Shown: piece by piece, positions 20,731-32,020 of the stretch
How the letters are laid out: each line of letters opens with the position of its first letter
Position numbering within the stretch: the first letter of the stretch is position 1
Assembly (NCBI GenBank): GCA_963750165.1
Contig: CAVVPN010000003.1
Coordinates: 1,568,001-1,632,000, forward strand
Origin: an uncultured Gemmataceae bacterium
GTDB taxonomy: Bacteria > Planctomycetota > Planctomycetia > Gemmatales > Gemmataceae
Direction of reading: 5' to 3'
DNA: 64,000 nt
Notes under the pieces: generated by a model
Database searches by the model: none
Seen by the model: only the letters and a program-made list of their open reading frames with translations
Told to the model about the DNA's origin: nothing
Program-made: the position numbers and the translations under genes

Positions 20731-23700
20731 ATGACAAACGTGCGACGCTGCTGGCGGTGGGGAATGCTCCTTGCCGTCCTGGTGTGCAGCCAGGCGGGGC
20801 CGGCCCGTGCTCTTGCGCAGGGCCCGGTCAAGAAGGACCAGGAGACGGGCATCAAGCCGAAGGTGCTGCCGACCTACGTCTTTGAGATGAAGGACAAGCC
20901 CTGGCACGGGCCGGGCGGCGTGCTCGAGTGGCTGGTCGATAAGACCAAGATGCCCGTCATCTCCACGCACAAGCCGACGGGCTCCATGAATTTCATCTCG
21001 CCCGACAAAGTGAAGTACACCATCCCCCAGATCATCGACATCCTCAACGAGGCGCTGGCGCAGCAGCAGCTGATCCTCATCCGCAAGGTCGCCTCGATCA
21101 CACTGCTGGCCACGGACCAGCCGATCCCCGAGACGGACATCCCACGCCTGACCGAGGCGGAACTGTACGAGCGCGGCAAGACCGAACTGGCGTCGGTCGC
21201 CATCCGGCTCAAGTCGCTGGACGCCGAGACGTTCCAGAAGGAAGCAAAGGACATGCTCGGCACCTTTGGCAAGGTGACGGCCCTGCCAACCGCCAACATG
21301 CTCATCCTGCGCGACCAGGCCGGCACGCTGCGCCAGGCCATCAAAATGATCAGGGAGATGGATACTGACACTCCGGAAGGGGTCGGCAAAACCACCATCA
21401 CCTACCAATGTAAGTTCATCAAGGCGGCCGACGCCGCCGAGACCGTGACCAAGTTCCTGGGCACCGACAAGGAAGAGATTCAGGTCAAGGACAAGGCGGG
21501 CAACGTGCGGACGCGCATCCGCACTCACACCATCACCGTCGATGAAGGGCTGAACACGGTCATCATCAGCGGCCCGACCGACAAGATCGCCAAGGCCAAG
21601 GAGATCCTCGCCCAGATCGACAAGGGCGAGATCCGGTATCAGTACGGCTATCCGATCCTGCAGCGCATCGAGATCCCCAGCGGCAACGCCGAGGCCATTG
21701 CCAAGGCGGCGCAGATGGCGTTCAAGCAGTCGCAAACGCTGAACATCTCGAACATTGGCGGCACCGCCCTGCTGGTCTACGCCCGGCCGGGCGATCAGGT
21801 GAAAATTTCCCAGTTCGTCGAGGCTGCCCAGAAAGCGGCGGCGCCGGTTACGGTACTGGTGCCGTTGACCACCGCGGACGCGACCAAGCTGGCCGATACG
21901 CTCAACAAGATGCACGGTGATGCTGGCAAGGGTGGGCCGTTCATCGAGGCCGACACGGGCCGCAACGCGATCATCATCCGCGGCACTGCCCAGCAGGTCA
22001 AGGGTGTCAAGGAAGACATTGATCGCCTGCAGCAAAACACCATCGACGGCAAGAACGGCGGCCCTGCCAGTTCCACGCGCATCATCAATGTGGAGAAGGC
22101 CAGCGCCACCACCCTGGCCCGGGCCCTGCAGCGCATGATTCCGGAAATGCGGCCGGACACACACGTCAAGGTGATCCTGCCCGGCAGCGATCTGTTCAAC
22201 AAGAAGAATCTGAAGAAAAGCCTGGACGAGATGAAGAATCTGCCTCCTCTGGAGGAGCCGAAGAAGAAGATCAAGAATGACACTGGCCTGAAGACCTTCG
22301 AGGACATCCGTTACGAGGAGGCCGCCCAGGAGAAGAAGGGCGGGCTGGTCGATCCGCGCGACAGCAAACCGCTGACGCTGACGGCGTTCGGCACCAAGAT
22401 GATCGTCAACTGTGATGACCCGGCCGTCCTGAACCTGGTGCAGGACCTGGTGCGGCTGCTGACGCAGACCGACCCGGGCCCCGGCGATTTCCAGGTGGTC
22501 CGCCTGAAGTACGCCAGCGCCGTCGAGACCGCCAAGGTGCTCGACGATGCGTTCAACGGCCAGCAACAGCGCGGTGGCGGCGGCGGCGGCTTCGGCGGTG
22601 GCAAGGGCGGCGGCAAGGGTGGCGGCAAGGGCGGCGGCAAGGGCGGCGGCGGCTTCGGCGGCGGCGACCCGAGCGGCGGTATGGGGGGGGGCATGGGCGG
22701 CATGTTCATGCAGATGATGGGCGGCGGCGGTGGCCAGCGGCAGCAGAGCGTGGAGCGCGTCCGTGTCGTGGCCGACCCGTCCATTAATGCCCTGCTCATC
22801 AAGGCCAACGCCCTGGACATGCTGACGATTCGTGACCTGCTTGACATGGAACTGGACACCAACATCAACGACTCCACCGTCAAGATTCAGATGCGCTTTA
22901 TCGGCCCGCTCAAGGCGGCCAACGCCTCCGAGGTGGCCTATGTCATCCAGCGCGTCTACGCCGAGAGCATGAGCCAGGCCAACATCCAGCGGGCGGCCAT
23001 CGCAAACCTGGGAGGCTTATCGGTCGGCCAGTTCCGCGGGCCCAGCGACGGCGCCACCCACAACGTACAACTGACCCTGGGCGTGGATGACCGCTCCAAC
23101 AGCATCATCGTGGCCTGTCCCAAGGGCCTGTTCGATGAGATCAAAACCCTGGTCGATCACCTGGAGGATGGGGCGGCGAACAACACTTCGCAGGTCAAGG
23201 TCGTGTCCATCCGTAACGTGGACCCGTTGCTGGTGCAGCAGGCCGTGGACGCCATCCAGGGCCGGCGCTTGAACACGGGCCGCGGCACTGGCGGCACTGG
23301 TGGCTTCGGCGGCTTCGGCGGCGGTGGCACCGGCGGCTTCGGCGGCGGCGGCATGGGCGGCGGCCGCGGCGGCGGCGGCATGGGCGGCTTCGGCGGCGGC
23401 ACTGGCGGCTTCGGTGGCTTCGGCGGCGGCGGCACCGGTGGCTTCGGCGGCTTCGGCGGCGGCGGCCTCGGTGGCTTCGGCGGCGGCGGCATGGGCGGCG
23501 GCCGCGGCGGCATGGGCGGCGGCGGCATGGGTGGCGGCGGCATGGGTGGCGGCGGCGGCGCCCGCGGCGGCGTGGGCGGCGGCGCCCGCGGCAGCACACG
23601 CGGCTTCCTGGAGCCACAACCGGGAGGGTCGGATTTTTTCGCCTGCGGGGTCAAGGATGACCCGAAGTTCCTCGTCCTCTACGATCCGCAACAAGATCGC

Positions 23701-26700
23701 ACTTCGAGTCCTGAACCAGTAGCCTTTGCGGTGCCCCGCCAGGATGGCGGGGCGCCCACCCTCCCCCTGGACCGGGTTCCGCAGGCTGCCATCGAATTCA
23801 TGCAGATCAGCTACGAAGAAGAGCAGCAAGTCCCCGTGGTCGGCGGCGAGTCTGTCACCGGGCCGCGCCTCGGCGTCACCGCCGAGGCCCTGGAGGCGCT
23901 CGGCATCCTGGTGCTGCGGGCCAACAATCAGCAGGACCTGGAGGCGGCGCTCAAGATCATCGAGTACATCCAGAAGCTGGGCGCCCAGGCGGAAATCCAG
24001 ATTAAACTGGTGCCGCTGCAGTACGCGGATGCCGTCAGCCTGGCCAACCAGCTGGCGTTCTTCCTGCAGCGCGTCATCATCGGACCGCAGGCGGTCACGC
24101 TGTCGCCGTTCGGGCGCGGCCGGGCGGCTTCGGTCAGCAGCCCGGCGGCTTCGGTCAGCAGGGCGGCGGCTTCGGTGGTGGCTTCGGCGGTCAGCAAGGC
24201 GGTGGCTTCGGTGGCCAGCAAGGCGGTGGCTTCGGCGGTCAGCAAGGCGGTGGCTTCGGTGGCCAGCAGGGCGCCGTGAGCCTCAACCTGAGCCAGCCGG
24301 CCGGCTCGGTGGTGTTTTACCCTGTCGTCCGGCTCAACGCCCTGCTGGTGGCGGCGCCCAAGTCGCGCATGGGCGATCTGTTGCGGCGCATCGAGGACCT
24401 CGACCGGCCGCCCACCACGAAGGCGGTGTCGTTCCCGCTCAAGCGGGCCTCGGCGACCGTCGTGGCCACGCAACTGCAACAGTTCTACGCCACGCGCAAC
24501 CGCGAGTTGCAGACCCAGAACGAGATCAGCTTCGCGTCGGACCCCAACAACAACACGGTGATCGTGCAGGCCGCGCCCGGCGACCTGGCCGAGATTCGCG
24601 ATCTGATCGAGCGCTTCGACAGCGTCGCCAACAACGCCCTCAGCGACCTGAAGATCATCCCGTTGCGCAACGCCATCTCAGACGTCCTGGCGGGCATCGT
24701 GCAGAAGGCCATCTCCGATGGTTACGTGCAGCCGAGCCTGGTCGGCTCAGGCGGCCTGCTCGGGGCGACCGGCGGCGGCGTCGGCGGCGTCGCCGGTGGC
24801 GGCCTGGGCGGCGGCGGCGGCCTGGGCGGCGGCGCTGGCGGCGGCCTGGGTGGCGTGGGCGGCCTGACAGGCGGTGTCCAGACGACGCCGGGCTACAAGT
24901 ATCCCACCAAGACCAACAACCTGCGGTTCGTCAGCAACCGCAAGGACCTTGGCGGCCAGGAGGAGTCGAGCATTCTGGAGGACGTGCGCATCATCTCGGA
25001 CGCGCGCATCAACAGCCTGATCGTCGCGGCCCCGGAGCGGACCATGAAGCTGATCGAGCTGCTGGTGCGCGACCTGGACGTGCCGCCGGCCGCCCGGGCC
25101 GAGATCAACATCTTCACGCTGAAGAAGGCGGACGCGGCGTCGCTGGCCAACTCGCTGCAGCAGCTGTTCCTGGGCACCGGTGCCGCTGGCGTCGGCGGCG
25201 CCGCCGGCGGCTTCGGCGGCGGTGCCGCGGGCGGCTTCGGCGGTGCCGGCGGCGGCTTCGGCGGTGCCGGCGGTGCCGCCGGCGGTGCGGGCACCGTCCC
25301 CCTGCTGCAGCTCACGCTGGGCGGCTTCACGCCGCAAGGGGCGCCGCTGATCCAGTTGCGCATCACCGTCGATGACCGCACCAACAGCCTCATCGTCGCC
25401 GGCAGCCGCAATGACCTCGATGTCATTGAGGCCATCGTCAGCCGGCTGGAGGACAGCGACGTGGCCCAGCGGCGCGTCACGGCCATCAAGCTCAAGAACG
25501 CCCAGGCGGCCGACGTGGCCAACGCCCTGACCACGTTCGTGGCCGGCATGATCTCGGTCTGGACCAAGGGCAACCAGCTGCAGCCCTTCCAGGAAATCCA
25601 GCGCGACGTGGTCGTCGTCGCCGAGCCGATCACCAACACGGTCATCTTCAGCGCCACGGATCGCTACTTCAACGAGCTGCTGCAGATCGTGATGCGCATC
25701 GACATGCTGCCGCCGCAGGTGGTCATCCAGGCAATCATCGCCGAGGTGGACCTGACGGGCACGGAGGAGTTCGGCGTGGAAATCGCGCTGCAGTCGCCGG
25801 TGATCTTCTCCCGCGGCGTGGACAGTACAGGCACGGTGCTGAACGCCTCGTCGCCGGGCTTCAACTTCAACAACACAGCGCTGCTGCCCACGTCCAGCCC
25901 TGGAGCCGGTCCGAGCACGGTCGGTTTCCAGGGGCTGGGCAACCTGGGCACGGGCCGGGTGTCGCCCAACAGCGGCATCGGCGGCTTCGTGTTCACGGCC
26001 TCCAGCAACGCGGTCAACGTGCTGGTGCGGGCCCTGAAGACGCAGAACCGCATCGACATCCTCAGCCGGCCGCAGTTGATGACCACCGACAACCAGGCGG
26101 CCCGCCTGCTGGTCGGCCAGCAGTACCCGACCATCTCCGGGTCGGTGGCGACCACGGCCACGACCGGCATTCCGACGGTGACCAACACCATCGTCTACAA
26201 GGATGTCGGCATCTCGCTGCAGGTGACGCCAAAGGTCAACCCCGATGGCACGGTGGTGATGCGCGTCATCCCCGAGGTCTCGACCGTCCAGCCGACGATG
26301 GTGATGATTAACACCGGCACGTTCGCCACGGCCTTCAACGTGCAGACGGTCGAGACGACGGTGATCGCCCAGGACGGCGAGACGGTGGTGATCGGCGGCC
26401 TGATCCAGAAGACGGACAACAAGACGGAAAACGCGGTGCCGGTCCTGAGTAACCTGCCGATAGTCGGGGCGCTGTTCCGCTACCGCCAGCAGCTCAAGCA
26501 CAAGCAGGAGCTGATCGTCATCCTGACGCCGCACATCGTCCGCTCGCCGCTGGACGCGGATCGGGCGCTGTACGACGAGGCGCGGCGCATGGACTGGGTG
26601 CTGGGCGACGTGATGAAGATGCACGGCCCGCGCGGCATCGACGTGCTCTCGAAGGTGCCGACGTCGCACCTGAACAACCCGTTGTACAAGGGTGGGCCTG

Positions 26701-27209
26701 GCGGCCCTGGCGGCCCCGGCGGCCCCGGCGGCCCGAACGCTGGCTGCAACAGCCCCGACTGCCTGATGGGCAAGAGCGGCTCGGACCTGGGCCCGGGGAT
26801 GACGCCACCGCCGCTGGTGCCCGGCGTGGGACCGTGGGATCCCGGCTACAAGCCGGAGTACGGCCCGACGCCGCGGCCATTCGTGCCGCAGCAGCCGACG
26901 CTGCCGGCCACCCCGGCGCCGATGCCGAAAACGGTCCCGCCAGCGGCGCCGACCACCGCCCCGCCGCCGATGCCGGCCGCTCCGCTGTCGTTCGCGCCGG
27001 TGGCACCGCAGACGCACGTGACGCTGACCGGCCAACCGCAGGGGACGCCGGTGCTGCCGGTGCTGCCGGCGCTGCCGGCCCAACCGCAGATCGTGCTGCA
27101 ACCGCCGGCCTCGGTGCCGCCTGGCCATACGGTGATGCCAGTGAACATCGTCCCCATGAACATGAACATGGGTCCCATTTCGGACACTCAGGGAAGGGAG
27201 TCCCGGTAA
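20731..27209 (+). CDS. gspD: Giant type II secretin, about 2,159 aa after repairing a 1-nt frameshift at 24112-24114
   Basis: Signal peptide, repeated secretin N-domains and a C-terminal secretin domain (QVVIQAIIAEV, ILSRPQLMTTDNQAA, DVGISLQVTPKV, DGETVVIGGLI, PVLSNLPIVGALFR, ELIVILTPHIV). One added G joins the two track ORFs through GGFGQQ repeats. Confidence 0.9.
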
Positions 27210-27279
27210 TGGTCGCGGTCTCGTTCGCACAGGGTTCGGAGACGGCGACGCCGCGCCCGCGCCCCGACAGGGGGCGCGG

Positions 27280-28665
27280 GTGGGGTGGGTCGCGCGTCTG
27301 GGATTGTGGCTGGGGCTGGCCGTGGCGCCGCTGACCGGTTGTACCACCGGTGACAAGCTGTTCTGCTGCCCGGACTGGCTGCACGGGTCGCCGTTGGTCA
27401 ACGACAACGCGGTGTGCCAGGTCGTGGCGACCTGGCAGAGTGAAGTGCAGTGGACGATTGATCCGGTCAACTACGGATCGACGCTGCCGGGCCTGGCGGG
27501 CAAGGTGTACCTGTTCGGTCAGGAGGCTAATCAACCGCTGGTGGGTGGCGGTGAGCTGGAGGTGGAGGTGTTCGACGAAAGCCGGCCGAACGCCCCGCCG
27601 CAGCGCCTGGAGAAATACAAGTTCGACAGGAAGTCGCTCCGGGAACTCATGCGTCAGGATCCGATTGGTTGCGGCTACACGGTGTTCCTGCCGTTGACCG
27701 CGTACCGGCCGGACATCACCCAGGTCCGGTTCAAGGTCTGTTACAAGACGGAGCGCGGCAACCCGCTGTACACGATCAGCAACACGACGGCGATCGTGCA
27801 TGGCGACCGGTCGAACCAGAGCCTGGGGCCGGTACTGGCGAAGGCGGTGGGAATGCCGCTGTCGCCGGCTGGCGGCCCGCAGCAGCAGGTGTACCAGCAA
27901 CAGCCGTACCAGCAACAGCCGTACCAGCAGCAGGTCCAGGCATCGTTCTACCAGCAGCAACAACAGCAGCAGTATCAGCAACAACAGCAACAGCAGTGGC
28001 AACAACAGCAACCGCAGTGGCAGCAACCGCCGCCGGCGAACATGCAGCGGTTCGCGATACCAACGGGGCCAACGCTGCCCAACCCGGGGTTGCAGCAGGG
28101 GCAATACCCACCGCAGCAGGGGCAATACCCACCGCAGCAGGGGCAATACCCACCGCAGCAGTCGGCGTTCGCGTCGGCGACCACGGGCGTTCCAGGTTAC
28201 CAGCCCACGCAGCCGCCGGCCGCGACGATGCAACCGATGCCACCGGTCGCGCGGAAGCCCGAGGCGATTCAGACGGGGCCGCCGGCGGATCTGCTGCCCC
28301 ACCTGCGACCGGAGCCTGGGACGGCGCCGCCGTACACACCGCCGAACCAGACGGGCGGACGAGTGCTGCAGTCGGTGTTCCCGGCGGTGCCGCCGATGCC
28401 GCCGCCGGACAACGGCCGGCCGGGGCAGCCGGTGACGACGGGTCTGCTGGTGGTGCCGCCGCCGCAACCCGGCGCGCTGGAGCCGGCGATCCCGCAAGCC
28501 AAGCCTGGGCGGGCGGGACTGGAGATGTCGTCGGGACTGCCGCCGACGGCGCCGGCCGTGGCGCCGGTGGGCCAGATCCAGCTGCTGCCACCGATTGCGA
28601 CACAGCCGTCTGCGGCCGAGTCCGGCGAGTCGTCGGGACTGCGGGTGCTGTACTCGAACCACTGA
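27280..28665 (+). CDS. Lipoprotein with Gln/Pro-rich tail (true start may be 27209 via a frameshift)
   Basis: Lipobox LTGC, a globular region (GLAGKVYLF...GCGYTVFLP), then QQQPY and QQGQYPP repeats. Confidence 0.7.
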   Translation: MGWVARLGLWLGLAVAPLTGCTTGDKLFCCPDWLHGSPLVNDNAVCQVVATWQSEVQWTIDPVNYGSTLPGLAGKVYLFGQEANQPLVGGGELEVEVFDESRPNAPPQRLEKYKFDRKSLRELMRQDPIGCGYTVFLPLTAYRPDITQVRFKVCYKTERGNPLYTISNTTAIVHGDRSNQSLGPVLAKAVGMPLSPAGGPQQQVYQQQPYQQQPYQQQVQASFYQQQQQQQYQQQQQQQWQQQQPQWQQPPPANMQRFAIPTGPTLPNPGLQQGQYPPQQGQYPPQQGQYPPQQSAFASATTGVPGYQPTQPPAATMQPMPPVARKPEAIQTGPPADLLPHLRPEPGTAPPYTPPNQTGGRVLQSVFPAVPPMPPPDNGRPGQPVTTGLLVVPPPQPGALEPAIPQAKPGRAGLEMSSGLPPTAPAVAPVGQIQLLPPIATQPSAAESGESSGLRVLYSNH

Positions 28666-28693
28666 CGGTCGCGGGCGGTGCAGGATCAACCTG

Positions 28694-28734
28694 GAGAGCG
28701 GCCCTTCGTTATGGGAGGGCCGCTCTCTGTTTTT
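28694..28734 (+). terminator. Intrinsic terminator of the T2SS operon
   Basis: GAGAGCGGCCCTTC...GGAGGGCCGCTCTC followed by a T-tract. Confidence 0.75.
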
Positions 28735-28751
28735 CGGCGCAGGAAGGAGTC

Positions 28752-29180
28752 ATGCCTTCGTCTTCATACCGGCAGTGGCGGACGGTGCGCGCCGCGGCGT
28801 TGGATGAAATCGCCCACGCCCATGTCGCCGTCGATGGAACCGCGCCTGGCCGCCGCTACACGACCCAGCAGATCAATCGTGCTTACCCCACATTGATTGC
28901 TTCGCAGTTCCAAGGATTCTGTCGTGATCGGACCAACCTCGGCGACGACAAGAAGCCGGCGCCGCGGGTCTGGCTGACCTACACGCCCGTGGGCCGCCTC
29001 ACGCACACCCTCCACCACTATCTCGGAGTGGCCGGCGGCGCCGCCGTACCCTGCTTCGCCCTCTTCGAGCGGAAGGTGTTCGCCGGCAAGCAGGAAGCGG
29101 TCATCGACTTTCTCAAGCAATTCGGCCTCAGCCGCGCGGAAGCGGAGGAGGTCATCGCGGCCGTGGGCACTGGGCCGTGA
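28752..29180 (+). pseudogene. Probable chimeric remnant: HEPN-like N-terminus joined to an unrelated C-terminus
   Basis: AGGAG RBS; MPSSSYRQWRTVRAAALDEI...QQINRAYPTLIASQFQGFCRD changes character abruptly near 28930. Confidence 0.4.
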
Positions 29181-29297
29181 CCGAACCGGAGCCGATCCCA
29201 CAGATTTTCCCGGCTTTTCTGGCGAACCCGCCGCATTTGTGTTACAACAAATTCCTCCGTGGCATGAAACCCCCTTGAGTCTCAGCGAGAGTAACCC

Positions 29298-31777
29298 ATG
29301 TGGAAACGCCTGACCGTTCTGAGCGCGTTCCTCGTGATCGCGACCGTGCCGCTCCTGCCCCTGCAGGCACAGAAGAAGAAAATCGACCAGCCCCCCTCGG
29401 AAACCAAGAAGTCCGGCCCGACCAAGCCCGGGGAGCCAAAGAAGTACGACGAGGTCATCACCAAGGACGCCAAGACCTACCCCGGCGTCTTCACCGTCCA
29501 TCGCGTGGATGAGAAGGTCTACTTCGAGATTCCGCACGACGGTTTCAACAAGCTGATGCTCTGGCAGGCCGAGGTCGTCAAGGGCCCGGCCGGCGTCACC
29601 TGGGGCGGCTTCTCGCTGGGCAACCGCGTCCTGCGCTGGGACCGCCGCGGCAACAAGGTCTATCTCTGGCAGGCGTCCTTCGGCAAGCGCGCCGACGGCA
29701 AATCGATCCAGCTGGCCGTCGATTCCGCGAACATGGACTCCATCATCTACGCCTTCAACGTCGAGGCTGAAGGCAAGGACCGCTCGACCGTCATCAACGC
29801 CACGCCGCTGTACCTGACCGACGTGACCGACCTGTCCGTGAAGCGGGCCGTCGGCTCCGGCGGCGCCATCGACGCCAACCGCTCGTACCTGGAGGAGGTC
29901 AAGGCGTTTCCGACCAACATCGAGGCGCGTTCGCTGCTGACGTTCACCGGCGGCGGGGGTGGCTTCGGCCCCATCGGCAAGGGCCCGCCGGGGATGGCCG
30001 GCGGCGCAAGCGCAGCTTCACGGCGGTGGTGCATTACAGCCTGGTCATGCTGCCCGAGCGGCCGATGACCGGCCGCTTCTTCGATCCGCGCGTCGGCTAC
30101 TTCACGCGCAGTTTCGAGAACTACTCCGCGGGCAAGCCGTGGATGGAGAAACAGCAGTTCATCGCCCGCTTCCGCCTGGAAAAGAAGGACCCCAAGGCCG
30201 CGGTCTCCGAGCCGGTCAAGCCGATCGTCTTCTACATCAGCCGTGAGGTGCCCGAGAAGTGGCAACCGTACCTGCTCAAGGGCGTTGAGGACTGGAAGCC
30301 GGCGTTTGAGAAGGCTGGCTTCAAGAACGCGATCATCGCCAAGCTGGCGCCAGACGCGCGCACCGATCCGAACTGGGATCCGGAGGACGCCCGGCACTCG
30401 GTCATCCGCTGGGTTGCCGATCCGGTGCAGAACGCGATGGGGCCGCACGTCCACGACCCGCGTTCCGGCGAGATCATCTCGGCACACATCATCTTCTGGC
30501 ACGACATCGTCAAGCTGACGCAGCAATGGTACTTCGTGCAGTGCTCCGCCGTGGACGAGCGCGCCCGCAAGCTGCCGCTGCCGGACGACCTGACCGGCGA
30601 GCTGCTGCGTTACGTCTGCGCTCATGAGGTCGGCCACACGCTCGGCCTGCGACACAACCACCGCGCCAGCGGCGCCTACACCATCGAGCAGCTGCGCGAC
30701 CCAAAGTTCACGGAGAAGCACGGCAGCGTCGCGTCGATCATGTCCTACGGCCGCTACAACTACGTCGCCCAGCCGGAGGACAAGGTCAAGCACCTGATTC
30801 CGGTGATCGGGCCGTATGACTACTTCGCCATCGAGTGGGGTTACAAACCGATCGCCGGCAGCAAGCGGCCGGAAGGCGAACGCGCCACCCTGGACAAATG
30901 GGCGGCCCGTCAGCTCGACGAACCGTGGCTGCGCTTCGGCGGCGAGGACGGCCCGGCGTCGGTCGATCCGACCGTCAAGACCGAGAACATCGGCACCGAC
31001 ACGCTGCGGGCGACCGAACTCGGCCTGAAGAACCTCGACCGCGTGCTCGACCACCTGCTGTCGGCGACCACGGAACTGGGCGAGGACTATTCGCTGCTGG
31101 AGGAGACGTACAAGACGATGCTGAGCCATCGCCGCAACTGGTTCAACGCGGTGGCGCTCAACGTCGGCGGTGTCGTCGAGAACCGCACTCTGGGCGGCCG
31201 CGGCAGCGAAACCTTCAGCCGTGTCTCGAAGGAGAAGCAGAAGCAGGCCGTCAAGTTCCTCAACGAGCACGCCTTCACGACGCCGAAGCGGTTGCTCAAC
31301 CCGGCCATCCTGAATCGCTTCAAATACACCGGCGTGTCGAGTGAGATCGCCGGTCAGCAGCAGTTCCTGATGCGCAGCCTGCTGAACAACGCCCGCCTCC
31401 ACCGCCTCATGGACGACGAATTGCTCAACCCGGAGAAGGCGTACACCGTCATGGAACTGCTCAACGACGTGCAGAACGGCATTTTCAGCGAGCTGAACGC
31501 GACGAAGCCGAAGATCGACGTGCTGCGGCGCGGCCTGCAGCGTGCGTACCTCGACCACCTGCGCGGCGAACTGAACCCGAAGGAGGACGGCGGCAAGGTG
31601 CCGTTCGGCCTCGGTGGCGGCGACAGCACCGACTTCCGCGCCGTGGCCCGGAATGCCCTGAAGGGCCTGCGCGGGCAGGTCAACGCCGCGCTCGGCCGCG
31701 CGCAGGACGCCATCACCATCGCCCACTTGCAGGACTGCGAGCGCGAGATTGACGCAATGCTGGAGCGCAAGAAATAA
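29298..31777 (+). CDS. Secreted zinc metalloprotease (DUF5117/DUF4953, EcxA-like); 1-nt frameshift near 30007
   Basis: Signal peptide, DPRVGYF, DPRSGEII, zinc motif HEVGHTLGLRHN, Met-turn SIMSY and GPYDYFAIEWGY. Confidence 0.9.
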
Positions 31778-31789
31778 GCGCGAGTAGCC

Positions 31790-31881
31790 CGCGAAACGTA
31801 AACGGGGTCAGCGAGGCGCCCGCGCTTCACTGACCCCGTTTACGTTTCGCGCGGGCAGAGTCCGCGCGAAACGTAAACGGG
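31790..31881. repeat. Three alternating copies of CGCGAAACGTAAACGG
   Basis: Forward at 31790, reverse at about 31836, forward at about 31865. Confidence 0.85.
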
Positions 31882-32020
31882 TGGCATATGCCGCCTTGCC
31901 GTGGTACAATCCCCTCACTGCCTGGTTCGGCGATTGGTTGGAACCTACCCGGCGCTTGACCGCCGCTCTCCCCGACCGCGCTCGCGATACCCCCAAACCC
32001 CTGCTTGAGGTCCTGCATCG

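Noticed and set aside
18577..22566. 1329-aa minus-strand ORF and similar long ORFs (1360-4026, 24747-27470, 32048-34294, 50112-52550, 54150-56366, 56257-58575)
   Set aside because: They are antisense shadows of well-supported genes in high-GC DNA, with no recognisable motifs.
24100..24279. Programmed frameshift or true two-gene split in the secretin
   Set aside because: No slippery heptamer is evident. The break falls inside an N-domain, the downstream ORF has no signal peptide, and the pattern matches the other single-base errors.
9299..28665. Type IV pilus or Tad system rather than T2SS
   Set aside because: The GspG-type DPWG motif, the GspK homolog and the multi-N-domain secretin, with no PilT here, favour a T2SS-like cluster. 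No prepilin peptidase is in the window.
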